Source: Raillietiella orientalis (taxonomy: Eukaryota). Taken from it: a stretch of 64,000 nt of DNA. The position numbers were made by a program, and so were the translations under genes. The stretch lies in the NCBI GenBank assembly GCA_036172245.1, contig JAYWIR010000040.1:1922001-1986000 (forward strand), written 5' to 3'. Below are positions 23,850 through 37,549 of this stretch, one piece after another (within the stretch, counting starts at the first letter, position 1; every line of letters begins with the position of its first letter). The notes beneath the pieces are model-generated. The model was given only the letters and a program-made list of their open reading frames with translations. It did not search any database and was not told the DNA's origin.

Positions 23850-26600
23850 ACGCTACTGTACAATGAACCATGAAAATATGATAGTTAAATGCAATGGATA
23901 AAGGATGACGTTCGGGAAGCAGTTGGTGCACGCAGGCGGGTAACGCACGAGAGCCTGGAGCTCGAAACCCTCTCGTATGGGGTCCACGATGGCGCGCCGC
24001 TACACCCGCCACCTTCAGACGGCTTCTCTTCCATCCTCTTCCTTCCACTCCTTCCTTCCCGATCTTCTCCTTCTCTGTCACCCTTGTGCTCAGATAGTTC
24101 CGGTTTAGAACGATGGGATCGAGAGTGCCGGATCAACAGATAGGATCCATCGCTTTGCCGGATCGGGAAGTCAGCCAACTTTGGAGAAACCCTGTCTTAA
24201 ACCCGCTGTTGCTTTTGTTTCTTTTCTTTTATCTCCTATTCGCCTTGAGGCTGCGCCTGAGAACCATTCCCTTTCCCTTCCAACGTTCTAAATACCCTTT
24301 CTGATCGCTTCTGAGTTCATGCGGGTGCTGCACAACAGGAGTGGAACTGGGGCCGTTGAAATCGACCGCGGGAAAGAGAAGTCTCATGTCGGCGGAAATC
24401 GCCCCTGGGGCAGGCCGCATGAACGGCGATTGCGATTTTCCTTCCTCATCTTTCGACTTCTCCTCTTGAAGCTTTATCTTCCGAGCTTCCAAGTCTTCGT
24501 GACATCCCTCTCTTCCATCTTCAACCGCTTTCACGTTTCCGAAGAATCCCTTGGAACTCTGAAGGATGCGGCGGCCGCCACTGCAGCATCCTGTTTCGCA
24601 CTTGTTTCTTGCTGACCTCGTCTTCTATCCGCCCCCTGGTCTGAGCTGACATCCACTTCCTCCGTGGTCGTAGGAAGTGGATGCCAGCACACAGTCTGCT
24701 GCTCTCCGAGGAACCAAAGTCTTGCTGCCCGAGGACTCCGCACGTTCGGCTGCTGGCACTCCTCCCACGCTTCTGGACATGTGATCCGTATTGGCTTAGT
24801 ATATCCTCCATGGAGAATCGCCCATGGGAAGAAAAGTGGACCGGAAGGAAGAAAGGGGAAAATCATCAGATTGCTCCGTGAATCCTTTCGGGAACCACTC
24901 GTTACTACGAACCGAATTCCCAAGGAGACGATTTCTTTATCGATCATTTTTCCGGATCATCTCTAAAGAAGGAGCATTCTTAGCTTGAAGACCTCACGAT
25001 CACTTGTGAGAGTTCTTTGGAGCCACTTGACGGACGAGTAGGCGTTGAAGACCGCGCGCTCCTGATATCTCCCATCAGCTAAGGGCGCAAGAGCTCCATC
25101 GCAAAAGCTCGGTGCTTCCTCTTGCGGTATCCAAGGGGCTCACGTCCGTTATCTAGCGCCCGACCTTTCGCCCTTTCCTCTCTAAAAGTCATGGGGGAAG
25201 TAGTGAGAAATAAGGGCTGCGATTGTAGGCTGGTTATGAATCCTCGATCTTAGCTTGGGACTCTGCGTTCTCCCCAAAGCTTGAAGCCATTATGCGGTTC
25301 CTTTATGCCCCCTCTCCACTCGAGTGGTCTTAATCTTCCCTGTGATCCAGGAGATGAGAATCACCCTTCTTTCGCGCATTTCGATGGCAAGAACTGAGCT
25401 CCTAAAGATCAGAGGAGAGTACACAGTCCTTCAGGACTGCCTTTCTCGAAGAGCCAAATTTGTAGAGATAGCAACGTGAACTTCAGAGATGTTCTCGGGA
25501 TCTGTCGAACCCTCTCGACATTTGGATTGGGATGAAAGGCAGAGAACGAACTCCTTCTTCATTATTCGTCGCGAAGCCCTACTCATCGACCAGATGGACA
25601 CCGGCGACGGTGGACTCTTTCCCATGTTTCCGTTCCGCTTTTGTTTTTCGAAATATCCCTCCAGGGTAGACCAGAAGAAGTCTTCTGTTGGATAACTGGA
25701 CGATGCCTCGACGCATTCGCTCAACCATCTGCTGTGAGGTGTTGGTAAAGTTCTCAGCTAGCAAAAGTTACTCCTCCGCAAACGTCATCGGCTATAATAT
25801 TGACCGTGCGCAAGGCTGTGAGGTTGTGGTGGCACTCTGAGTTTCATCAGCATCAGAACATAAAATGATCTCTTCTCTCCCTCTCTCTTTGGTGGAGCAG
25901 GAGTTTCAGCATCTTAACAGATCTTCGTCGTTTGTTGACATCCAACGCCTGTTTTCCATCCTCATCATCTCTTTTTTGTTGAACCGATGCGATTCTGCTC
26001 ATCTTCTGCGGCACTCTGGGTCGATAAGGATGCCGTTCTTCTGACGACTCTCCATTGTCCCGCCAGAACGGTCATCTCTACCTCAGCACAAGGGCACTCA
26101 CAAATAAGAAGAGCAGAGCATCAACGACTCCATCTGGAGCGCCAAATCTTCTGATGCTTCTCCTGGGCCATACCTTGTGACCGGGAAGTGAGTCTGGGGT
26201 GACCCATTACTTACGAATCCTTCTGGGAGCTATGCGATCCATCTGCTCCCATTCGCGCTCCATCCAGAGTCACCACCCTGTCGCTTGAACAGGTGCCTTG
26301 TCCAGCCTTCAAGGATTAGCTCCCACTGCTTGTTTTCCATGAAGGCAGGCAATGGGAAGGGGTATCTGCTATCTGGTCATCTGGAAAAATCGTATGAGAG
26401 ATCTTTTCTTTCCAAGAGAAGCGGGTGGACCATTCAGGGATTACGGCCCGGAAGGCTGAGAGGAGTGGGAGCCAAAAGCGGAAAGGAAGTAGAGTGGAAG
26501 AAAGGGTTGCAGGGGAGACGACCTGAGCAAAATTGGAGAATGAGACTTCTTTAATCGGGACGGAAGCTTCGGCAGAATGGGAGGAGAGGAGAGGCGGAGA
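23850..26600 (-). mobile_element. Decayed L1/Tx1-like ORF2 (endonuclease-linker-RT)
   Basis: QMDRI...LPGHKV (~SR.DR...SDH.V, ~26180-26240), RERERRDHF (linker, ~25875), MGKSPP (~25615), PLADG (~25080), IVSLGIRF (~KYLGI, ~24920). Confidence 0.6.
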
Positions 26601-26649
26601 GCTAACGATCGAGGAACCTTTCCATTCCATTCCTTTCCACCTTTCCATC

Positions 26650-29060
26650 CTGGAAGTTCCGGTCCATTTACCGAGATGAATAGACAAATGAAACCCCGTG
26701 AAAGAAAGGAAAACGAAACGAAACGGAAGCGCTCGGACCTCAGTTTTCACCGGATACGACCAGAGGTGGGTGAACTTGCTCACAACTTACAAGCCAATCA
26801 AAAACAGACACGTGTCCACCTGGTACAATTCAGTTTTGCCAGCACTGCGCTTTACTTCCACTGTTCGGGCATTTCGCCTTTTGAACACTTACACTTGGGG
26901 CAGCTCACCTGGATGTAATCGCCTATCTTCTTCAAGATGTACCGATGGATGCAGGCGGACCCTTCCCACAATTTTTTCGTTCTGATTTCTCTTCGGACCA
27001 GCCCCTTTGAGATCTCCATCACTGGTTCTTTCCTTCTTCCTTGTTTCAATTTGGCTCTTCTCATCACGATACTCGTCATGAAGAGGAAAATGGGACTGTG
27101 TCGGGGGACGCTGCCTCCCCTACCAAACATCCCCGCCAGGACTTCCACTCCTGTACTGGTCTGCAAGTTCGTCACCACCTTCAGCGTTACCCAGTCTCGG
27201 CCCAGTGTTGGACAGGTGAGCACGTGGAGTTGGGTCTCCCTCGCCCCACAGGCCGTGCACATCTCGCACGTTGCCACTCCAGCACTGAATCCACTTGACG
27301 TCCCTCCGTGGTGAAACATGAGAAGGTCGTCTTGAGTGTCTCGTGGCAGGACGCTTCTCCAGGCTCTCTCCAGCAGCTTGCAGGTCCACGTTGCGGATCC
27401 CGAAGCGGCTGGCAGCTGCGGCGAGGGCGTTACCCCTTTTGTTCTTCTGGAATGAATTCCCGAACATTCTTTTTTGCGACTCTGGCCATCGTTTTGATGT
27501 CTTGACTTTGCCATGTTCCAGGTTCTGTGGCATTATTGTCTGTTATCTTCCTTTGACCCCTTTCGGGTTAGCGGGGCAGCCGCATTTGATGGCGGTTGCC
27601 ACTGGCAGCGAGCGACTCACAATCTCGAATGGTTTGTCTGGGTAACCATTGGTGCAACCATTGCCGCGTCTCCCGTGGAACGGGAAGGAAGCAAGGAATC
27701 GCCAAGGCCAGTTCTTCGTTCCCTATTCCTCTACTGCGAGGCACTAACTTTAGTCGGAGAGTCCTCACCAATGCCTACTTCCTCTCCCAGGTGGGATCGA
27801 TGTTCACCTATCCTCCTGCTTTGCCCATGAGGGCTGACGTCAGACCACTCTAGACGTTCAACAACTTCGAGTAGCTTCTGTAAGTTTCATACAACCACTA
27901 GTCCCGTTCACCGGTGGTATCCAGGAGTTGTTTTGCGTTCTTAATCTCTAGGGAATGTCCTAGCGATATCATCCCGGTCACACCTTCTTCCCGCGCGCGG
28001 CCCAAGAGCACGATCTTCGCCCGCAGTTTTGAATTCCGTCCATAGCATTTTCCTCTGGATCTGTTCCACTTCCATTGAGTCTTCTTGTCTCTTTGGAAAA
28101 AGGTCGTTCCGGCAAGTATTTTGGGAAGTGTTTGTGCCCAAATGCAAGCGCCACTTTTAAGATAGGAGGAGAGGAGGAGTGCGATATGAAATAGGAAGCC
28201 AGTAAACATGTGAACAGAGAAGAGGTAGGCCTGCCTCTCCATGCTAAGACTCCCGAGGTCCTGAGTGAGGATGGGCTTTCCGCCTGCATTAGCGGGAGAA
28301 TCCATTTGCAGCGAATAAACAACTTCAGTAGGAAGCTTCGAGTTCCTAAAGGAATCTCTGCTTAGAAAGATGGGGTGAAATGCCGTCCCACATGCAGTTG
28401 ATTCCAAATAAAGAGGTCGAAAATGACCTCACATAAATATCAAACGGGAGGAAGCGGGGAAGGGGCATGAGGAGGTTATAGCCATCTGCCACTCTACCGC
28501 TCTTCCATGATACGAGCGATGCCCCCTCTCGCTGCCTGATTCGCATGAAGCCGCCTCTCTGTTCCCCGCAGCATGGAAGTGGAACCACGAGGCAGATGGC
28601 CTCTTCATCTTCTGCCAGTGTGGCTCCGCCTTAAGACGAGTTGCCTCGACGTTGCAGATGCAGTACTAGATCGTGATCGATGCTCTGATGGGTTGCTAGG
28701 GATGTGCTCTCAATAAGAGAGCACTGCACTGCACAGATCCGTCAACCGATGGCAGGATGGATTCTCCAATCAGCACTTGCTTCCCAGTTCAAGGAAACTT
28801 CCTCTCCAGTCATATGATGGCCGTTCTTGTTGCATGGGAGGTCCTTTAGCTCACGAAGGGCGCCACATTCTACTGCATCCGCGGTGGAAGCAAAAAGTCT
28901 CCCTAACACAAGAGCAGGACTGACAATCCGTCCGGAAAGCGGCCTCTTTGCGCTTGTCTGTGCGGGGTGACCACGGCGGCCAGATGAAACACCGCTAATC
29001 CACCAAGGAGACATGTTTCTACTGAGGTGATTCAGAAGAATTTTCATGCCACTCCGAGGG
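26650..29060 (-). mobile_element. Decayed L1/Tx1-like ORF2 (RT to 3' end)
   Basis: ELKDLPCNK (~28840), ATRLK (~28640), GGFMRIR (~28545), DGISPHL (~28380), SLSMERQAYLF (~28240), IQRKMLW (~28050), CTACGARETQLHVLTC at 27212-27259. Confidence 0.7.
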
Positions 29061-29079
29061 AAGAACGTCTGTCAGATCC

Positions 29080-31045
29080 CTATTAAAGAACTCTCGGAGC
29101 TTCCCAGAGGGCAACAGATGCCCAGGTTCTCTCCTCAGGCACCCGCATGATGCCTCCAAGAGACATCTTGGAGATATCGTGTGGGATGTCTGTCTACAGA
29201 TAGAGAGCAGGATGTATCGCCTCCAAAGGGATTGCTCTCGTCACACATGACCAGACATCGCCCTCCACTTGAAGGATTCTGCGTAGAAATTCGTAGACAG
29301 GCAGGTTATCCGCTGGTTCCATTCCGGATGGAAGACACCTTCTCTCAGAGAAGGACCTCGTCCTGCAGAAACACTGGGCAGCTGCAAGGACCAGAGTCCT
29401 CCGTTCCCCAATGATCACACTCCTTAGGATCTGTCTTTGGTATTCCTTCCCAAAGACAGATCGTAGACCTGGTGGACAGTGCAGATAGCACCACCTGGTG
29501 GTCAGGTCTAGTCTTCGCAACAGCAGCTCCATCTTACTTAACTGAGTCTGAATACCAACGATTCTGGAGTCTCGGAGTGGAACCAGTCTTTAAAAAGGAC
29601 TTTCGATTCCCCGGAGACCAAGATTTAAAGACTCTTTTTGAAAGGACATCAGATGGGAAGAGCAAAGGTCCCAATTTCGTGCACAGGTGCCCTGAGGATC
29701 TCTTCTGTGCCACCCTTTAGTTCGGCTTACCAGATCCTTCGCCGAGACGACGGCAATGGCGATTCATGAAACTCAATTCTGACGCTGCTGTTGCTAGCAG
29801 GTGGCAGGAGATCGCCAACAAGGGAAGCCCAGAGAGATCGGCATTCACCTCAGCAACTTCTGAGGCAGGATGGGGGCATTATCGGAGTGACCGTGACATG
29901 CTTCAGCCGGCCTCACTCCATCAGCAAACGTAGGATCCCCACGATGCTCTACTTTTCAGAGATCCTCTGCTCTGCTAAGCAGTGCAAGAAGACTTCAACG
30001 TGACAGCAAGATGGCAGCGGTGCCAGTAGTGTCAAAGCAGGACGAAAGCGTCAGTCGAGGAGGTCTGGGATCCCGAAGAGTCCTTGGGGAATTCCAAAAT
30101 GGTTCCTTCACCTTTCTGAACCCTGAGCAGAGTCTTTTGTAGAGGCTCCGTATGGGATCTTTCGGGTGAGATAAGCAAGCGCTGCCAATAGTTTCGTCTC
30201 CCGAACCTCAGGAGGGTCCAGCTCATTCGCTTTCCTGGAGATGTGGAGAAGAACGTAGGGCGTTGTCAGCAATGATATGTGCTCCCTAGAAAGGGCTACT
30301 TCACCTTCTTTCTCGTCGAGGTCACTGGTGGGGAACCAGTTGAAGCAACCTTGAATGTTTGGGTAAAAAAGACAAGAATGCCACAAACACACTGGGGATC
30401 TGGAGAGCCAGAGGAGCAATCGGGAAGAATCAAGGAGGAGAATCGACCGGATGGGAGCTGTGAGATTACGGAATTCTCGTATATAATGGAATTCACATTC
30501 CCTCCTTATGAGAGAAAAGGGACAAACGAAATGTCAGGCCGAGTTTTTTCCACGATGCAAAAGAAGGTGGTTAGAGAGTCATGGCAGCCGCACCTACTCC
30601 ACAGTTTGGAGTCGGAAAATACAACGATCTCAGCCGGAACGAATGAGGAGATTGGCAAGCAGCTTCCACAGTGTTGGCGGCTGTCGTGGGAGCAAGGTGA
30701 AAACCATGTAAGGCGCTCAGACGACAAAGAGTTGCTCCTCCGAGGGAGGTGGAAAATGAGGAGATTTTTTTTCTGTGGTACGAATGATGTCGGAGACGCG
30801 AGACTAGCGTTGTCGAGAGAGAGAATGCGAGAAAGTGAGAGAACTCTTTCGTTTGGAGTGCCGAAGTCTCCGTGATTACGGATGGATGCGGAGACTGACC
30901 AGGTCGAGGGAAGAAAAACCAGAGATCACTATATCCTACAGGCTAGAGGAACACACTTTCGTATTCTTTTTTTTCTCGTATTCTTTGTGCTGTTGCCAAT
31001 CCCTGCTGAGAAACACGTGGAAGCCAGTAGTAAATAAAGAGAGAT
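29080..31045 (+). mobile_element. Decayed L1/Tx1-like ORF2 (RT to 3' end)
   Basis: SPPKGL (~29220), DLKTLFERT...GPNFV (~D..KAFDRV...G..F, 29620-29680), REAQRDRHSP (~29825), ESLGN (~30080), PQCWRLSWEQGENH (~30670), T-rich UTR and TAAATAAA at ~31030. Confidence 0.65.
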
Positions 31046-31049
31046 GATT

Positions 31050-31650
31050 CGAACCTGAAGGATGCTGCGATGGAGTTCCTGGGTGTGTAATCAATGCAAC
31101 TTCCTCTTCACAACAATCTCAAGATATGTTCTTCGTTAAAAAAACGAATCTTGGAGTTTGTATGCGACTTGCACTCAGCAACAGCACCTTTGCATTCTTC
31201 CCACTTATTCTATAGAGTAAGAGTCCTACTCACTGGTCAATCCGTTGGAAAGAGTTTGGGTGACACGCCGTGACCAAGAAACAGGAGGAATTGTTACTCT
31301 GACTACGAGTAGCACTGAGCTAGGCCGAGACTCTCGGTTTGAAGGTGAAACTTATCCATTGATTAGGCCTGCCTGCAGTCAGGATGATCTCTATGAACCG
31401 GTCAAGGAGTCCCTAGAAAATGCTTCTCATTTCGTAATGTGAGAAGGGAGGGGCTCTTCTCTCCGAGCAAGATCGAACCGATGGAGGATACCCCGCCCTT
31501 TGTCGGCATCAGGGAAGTATCCTCAGGTCTGCTTAAAGTCACTTGTTTTCTGGTCACCTCAATTGTCGGAGTGGGGCAGACGTTCTGCATGTTGTGCATC
31601 TCTCCCTCGTTTGACGATCTAGAGAGGAGCATCTTTTGTTTCACCCTGGT
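31050..31650 (-). mobile_element. Possible LINE ORF2 C-terminal fragment
   Basis: LMPTKGGVS (~PK..GG.G, ~31495); weak knuckle-like segment at ~31180. Confidence 0.35.
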
Positions 31651-31659
31651 TAACTGGGG

Positions 31660-32590
31660 CGTTTATTTATTAATAACTAAACATTTACAATCTCTGTGGT
31701 TGGATCGATGGTCCAACCACTTTATTTTCAGTTCCAACCTGCTACCGGTTCGTAGACCAATGAGGTCCACCACGGAAGCAGAGGGAAGAGGACAAAAAAA
31801 ATAAATAAATAAACTTTGGGTGAGGGGGTGCGGGAAAGGTCACGTCCTGCTAGAGGCGGTGCTCTGCATCCTCTGCAGGATTCTGGCAAGATCTTGATAT
31901 AAAGAGTTGTTCAGGTGGGGCCATCTCAATGCCATTCTCATGAGTCGGACGGCAAAGTAGACAGCATCCTTATCACTGTGCCCTCCTCTTGGTCGCTCCA
32001 GGCAGCAAGAATCCTGCGTAGGTAGCAGAGACTGCAAGCGAGGCTGTGGACTGAAGGCATTCGCCAATGAAAAGGGGTTTGCATCTTTGGTGGATCCTGG
32101 CTCTCACTGGCTGGAACGCTGTGGCGATCTGCCTGGCACATCAGTCTGCTCTGAGGCGGATCCCCTAGCGACTGCTAAGAGAGACACGTGTTTTAGGGCA
32201 AAGCATTTCTTCCTCATCTTGTGAGCAGCGCGTCCTATCTCGGATGGCACTCTTGTTGAGCGTTAGTTAAGCCGGGGTTCCCAAGTGCTCATGCCGCCGG
32301 CTAACATCCGACCATCATCGTCGTGCACCTCGTAACCTCTCGAGGTCCCTGTGGCTCCCTCGTCCGCTCCGAACGGCTGTCGTGAAACGTTCCAAGATGA
32401 GTTCAGGGTGAGAAGTCCTTGTACCTTCGGCAGTCCTTTCTATTTCATTCCTCACTCGAGGTCTTAAAAGAGACTCCTCGGCCCGATCGCTGTTCTTCCT
32501 CTGGAGTGGGGTCTGTTGAAGCACACCAGTTCCCTTCTGACATGCTCCACGCATGACGATTTGGGCAGAACATCCTCATTTGCCTGGTGA
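31660..32590 (-). mobile_element. LINE 3' fragment with 3' UTR
   Basis: Nucleotide similarity of 31832-31892 to 41948-42007 and 49239-49303; (TTTA)n tract at ~31795-31812; TGTAAA...AATAAATAAA end at ~31665. Confidence 0.6.
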
Positions 32591-32599
32591 ATTCAGCTT

Positions 32600-34000
32600 A
32601 CGCGGGATTATTTGACCTCTAGGGAGGACTACCAGACTCTTCGGAGCGGCAGTGGAGATTCATACCTCTGATCTTGATGCTCTCCTTTCCTCCTGTCCTA
32701 CCAGGGCTTCCAAGGAAGATTCGTGGAGCGGCCACTACCGTTTGCCTCTTCATCTGTGCGGGAGGCGGATCTGGTCGCAGTTTCGAATTTGTTCCAAGGA
32801 AAAGCTGACAGGACACCTCCCAGTCCCCACTTTTGCAGCCTTCCTGATCCTAGATGCACTTTCATCGTGCCTCCAGGAGATCTCGATTTCGTTGTGGCTG
32901 AGGCTGCGGTTGAGGGACTCTCCTCCACAACACGAATGTAACGCGGTCATCTCATCACGCCTTTTCTCCCAGCCGCCTCCTAGGAAAGATCCGGTTCCTC
33001 CATCCCCACACAGGACCCGGAACACTGATGCTGGACATCTCGACATTCCGCCTTCCAGGCGAAGGATTCCTCCTGGAAGGAAGAATCTTCCTTACTTTCC
33101 CTACTCTTCCTCTTCAGGGAGGACCCGTTCTTCAGTGGCTGCATGCTGTGTCTTCCCTGTGTTCAAGTCTCTGTTCTCCTGCACTTGGGAGGAGAGGCGA
33201 AATCTCCACCGAAGTGTCGTGTGAGGAGCGATCAATCACAGGAGCTTTGTCTGCGGTTTCCTCCACACTCTGTTAGACGCCCTCAACCACGCAAGACTGA
33301 GGACGTCTGCCAGAATGTGGAGTTCATCAGGTTATGTCCGGTTCGGCCTCTGCCACATGCTCAACGTGTGTCGTCGCGAAGGGACTGGAGCAGACCGGAG
33401 AGCCTGTTCAAGGCCTCAGTGAAAGGCCCCATTACGAAACCATCACACTGGCATGTCATCCTGATGAGGAGAGATAACGAGATGCGGAGGAGCCTTTCCG
33501 TGTCATCCAACGTTACCCATGACTGTGCGCCATGGGGTGTCTGTGCTTCTTCCCTCGCCCTGGTCATCCCCAGCTAGGGGGAAGAAATCCTAAGAAGCGT
33601 GCATCCGGAAAAGTTGCTCCTCCGGTGGACCGAGCCTTTGGAAACACCCCCAGGTCTGTTCTCCCCTCTTTCTCTTCCACCGGGAGAGGGCAGCTACGTG
33701 CTCCCTTTCCAGGTGGCAGCATCTCGATGGTTTTCTTCCCTCGTGCCGACACTGAGTGGAGAGGGGTCGACTTCCTTCAATCGAGTCGGGAGAAGGATCG
33801 TTACGTCTCCTACCCCTGCTGCTGGGTCGCAGCGCCTTTTCGTCCTGGGTGGACCAGCCTGGCCAGAGACTTTTCGCCCCCCACAGGATGGGTTCCAGAG
33901 CCTGCGTAGGAGATTCCTCCTGCCGGTCACGCTGCACTCCCAACGGTCTTAACCAGGGTCTCCCTGTTCCACGTTCCCAGAACCGCGGAGGCACTCTGGA
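32600..34000 (+). mobile_element. Decayed LINE RT, no 3' end seen
   Basis: VISSRL (~32950), LDISTF...GFLL...GPVLQWL (33031-33142), ITGALSA (~33240), LFKASVKGPITK (~33410), SFSSTGRGQL (~LS..GR..L, ~33680). Confidence 0.65.
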
Positions 34001-34019
34001 ATAACCTCGAGGACACTAT

Positions 34020-36800
34020 TAAATTCCTGGCTACGAGGAGTCTAAAAGTGGCCCCGCCCCACCGAGGAAGTCAGGGAAGAACTCGCCGAGCAGAGGACGG
34101 TGGCACACTCTCCCGCTTTTCCAGAAAGGTCTCATCCCTCGTCTTCGTCATTTGATGCTCCTTCCCTCCTTCCTCCCCAGGACAAACCAGCTGCAGCGTA
34201 ACCATGCTAAGGGCAGAAGCGCGTCCAGCCTGGGCATCCTGTCTGTGATGCAGTCTGCCTGCTTGCGCATAGGCATGGAAACGAACGCTCCTATGCAATC
34301 TGGCGGCAGCACCTCCCCCAGGAGATCCTAAGCGGCGAGGTGCGAGAAGTGTCAGGAGTCAAGGGGTGCAGGAGTGGAGCTCTCGTTCCGGGACGCCGCG
34401 CGGATAGAGTCGCGATGGACGCACCTGTCGGAAGTGCCCATCTGGGAAACTCGCTGTTTTTCTCCTCTCCCCCGTGTCGCTGCTCACGCAGCCTCCGCCC
34501 ACTCGCGAGGCGAGAAGAACGTCAATCGGGAATTCCCCCCACAAGGACCTAGAATCGATAACTCTTCCTGAGGCGACCGACTCGAGTTTCCCTCTTCCCG
34601 CTCCACCGCTTCCCGTTTCACGCGCTCCTTGCTCTCAATTGACGTCTCCGATCATTAATTGCTCCCATCATCAATCATAGCAACCCCGAAACGCGCGTTT
34701 TGGCACATAGCATTTTCTGGGAGGGAGCACGTTGCTAAACGGAGGGAGATTCTGGGATCGGGACATCGGCAACCCGATCTTTAGAAAGTGATGGAGGCTG
34801 GGGAGGCGCTGCTGCCGCCCTTCGGCGGCGGAGGCTGCATAGAAGAACTGCGGATTTCCGCGGTTTGAGGTACAGGACGGATCGCTCATCAACATTCATG
34901 CCACTTCTCAAAACAGCATCTTATCCACCAGCGTCATCGCATTTCCTTCCCAGAACTCCATTTCTCTGAGGGTTCCACGGAGCTCGCAGACCGCTCGTTA
35001 GATAAGAGATGTCCGGTGGGGTTAAGGGGATCGATCTTCCGTTGGCGTCTTGGTCCACTTCCGCGATTCTTTTCCGGAGAGAAGGACGAAAAAGAGCCAC
35101 AGAAAACAGCGTCTCTTCGATCACAGCTTCCAAGTGACCGCGCCCACGCAAATGCGGAGAAGTAAGAGCGCAGAGCCCTTCGCGAGGACCTTCTTCCTCA
35201 CTCCTGTGCTCGAGGAGCGCTCTCCGAACTAGTCGCTCTCCCTCCACTTAGCCAGCCGGCTGTGCCGCGACGGCGGTGAGAGCTTGGCAGCTCTTCGGAC
35301 TTTTGTCAGGCGCTCGTCGCTTGCCGAAGGAGTCTTCTTGCTTCCATGGTTTCCTTCCTCTCCATCTCGCGATCCACCGGCGGGTGCAGGAATGTTACAA
35401 ATCGGTTACCCGTTTGGTCTTAAGATGCGTGTGCCTATCCATGGACAGCTCAGTCTTGGGAAAGAGTCTTGGGAAAGATGAGGAGGGGTGGGGATAGGAG
35501 GTTTTGAGTTTTATGGTTCCTATTTGTCTCGGAAGCTGATCGGGGCTGCATAGATCTTGAAGAAGGAATCAACCTTCCTGTGATGGATGATTAACCTTCC
35601 CATCCTGTCCACACAAGTATTCTGCAAGTGAACGGATGGATCATCTTCCTATGGAAAGCTTTGCCCTGATGGAAAGCTCTCAAAAGCAAAGTCGCGGACA
35701 GAAGAGCCTGCCGGGGAGTCCGTTCTAAGCGAATGGCTTCGGCCGTCGGTACCTCAAGATGCCGTGCTGCAGTTCCATCCATCCCTCTTATCCAGGGATT
35801 CGAAGGACGCTGCTACCTTGGTCCCTCCGACCTTACTTGCTTCCTCTGCTTGACGCAGCAGTGATACTCTTGAGAGCGCCATGCCCGATCAGTCCGTGCT
35901 CCTTTCCTATTGCGGTACTCCCTCGCCATGCCCTCGATCAACGTCCATCCTCCCAGAGCGTACCTACCTTTCTCCTCTTCTCTTAAGTTTGGTACGGTGA
36001 CCGGCTTCCAGGTCACTCGCCAATGCTCCCTCCTGTCTCTCTCAGACCGGCGCCAAGCAAAGGTAAGGGCTGCACGCCGCCCTTGGGCGTTCCTTGTACG
36101 CTGTTCCGGTCCCTCTCTTCTATTTGCTGATTCCTTCACAGGAATGTAGGCTCTCGTTGCTTGCTTAGCCCTAGGAGTAGCGAGTGGACAAGCGCCTGGA
36201 GCATTCGCCTATCTCTCACGACCCCGCAAGCTAAGTTTCGACAGTCTCAGTACTGTGTGGTCTCATCCTTGATCATGCATCGCATCACGGCATGGTCTTC
36301 TGGGAATATCTCGAGATGAGATAGATCATCACACAAGGATGGTGAGGCACACGTTGCTAAAAAGTCTTTTCCCTCGTTGTCGTTGCGTGCTTTCGTTCCT
36401 GGCAGCTGAAGTCGTGTTTCGAAGCTCCTTGCTTACGGCGGAGAAAGCAATCGAGCCGTAGAATCGCAACAGTGGTGCGGAGGAAACCGCTTAGGAAACG
36501 CGAGGGATGTGCAGACTTGCTCTAAGAAGGAGGAAATGGTCTTGATGTGCCTTCGTGTGGGATGGTATGCTCACATGTAGCAACAGAATACAAGGATTGC
36601 ATTGCACCAGGAGAGGTCAAAGGAGCAGCCTGTGAAGCGGCCTCTGTGGAGATGAAGATGAAAACATAAATCCCCTGTCCGGATCCTCTTGGTCCGAAGG
36701 AGCAGACAGAAACACGGGAGCTCCAGATACAAATCAGAAGTGATGCTGGAAATGTGCTCACGTCATGGAGAATTTTCACGAAGACAGGGTCGAATAGACA
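34020..36800 (-). mobile_element. Decayed near-complete LINE ORF2
   Basis: KGARTDRAW (linker, ~35890), LRAFHQGKAF (~35665), RGRG...TLFSVAL (~35120), TSGLRAPWN (~34985), knuckle-like segment at ~34480, C-terminus (ORF 34071-34298) similar to other copies. Confidence 0.55.
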
Positions 36801-37500
36801 GTCCTTCCAAGCACTGGACTTTAGACTCGTTTTATACTACTGATTCTTCCCAGGAAGCGTTCAGAAAAGCACGGGATCTGGATGAGACCCTCACGAAGAA
36901 CAGAGACAGCCGCGAGATAGTACAACAGTGGTCGCTCTTGCTGCTTTAGGTGCTGTTTTGAGAATCGTCAGCAGGAGCTCATTGGCATTTGCCCAGAGCT
37001 CCTTTGTGTGCAGTTCTTCCCGTGCAAGTCGGACTTCCAGAATTCAAGATCGCAGCCGAACAAACCTCTGCACCACGACGCATGACCAACCGCACCGGGG
37101 TGTCGATGGGAACGTAAATCATCCACAACCACCACCACCACAAGCGAGCAACTTTACAGAAAGCGAGTAGACCACTAAAAATCAGAACGTAACCATGGTG
37201 CTCGGATTTTTTCCTCATCAGCAACTTCGGGAATTTTTCACATGGCTCGCTGAGGCTCTTCCAGGCGCTCATCTTCACGTCTCAGAATCATCCATCATCG
37301 ATAGTGCGTTCAAAATTCGTCGATTCATCACTCTGCATCTCTGATCTCCAAAGCAACTGACGGGAGATCTAACCCGTATCAGCATTATGATGAGATCCAG
37401 TATTTGATGAGCAGTATTTGATGAGGCATGAAAAGCGTTTTCCGTCAGGGGCTCAGATGGCACAGCAGCGGCGTACCATGAGCTCTCCTCTAAAGATGGC
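36800..37500 (-). mobile_element. Possible ORF1 remnant of the preceding element
   Basis: PTCTGRTAHKGALGKC (~36985-37030) is weakly knuckle-like; positional argument only. Confidence 0.25.
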
Positions 37501-37549
37501 GGGTCGAAGGTACTTCAGTGATTACAGCATGTTGATGACCTCTATCGAT

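Noticed and set aside
29190..29620. Minus-strand endonuclease domain (RRLDL, CDH)
   Set aside because: The plus strand shows a better ordered RT motif series here; this illustrates the risk of over-reading short motifs.
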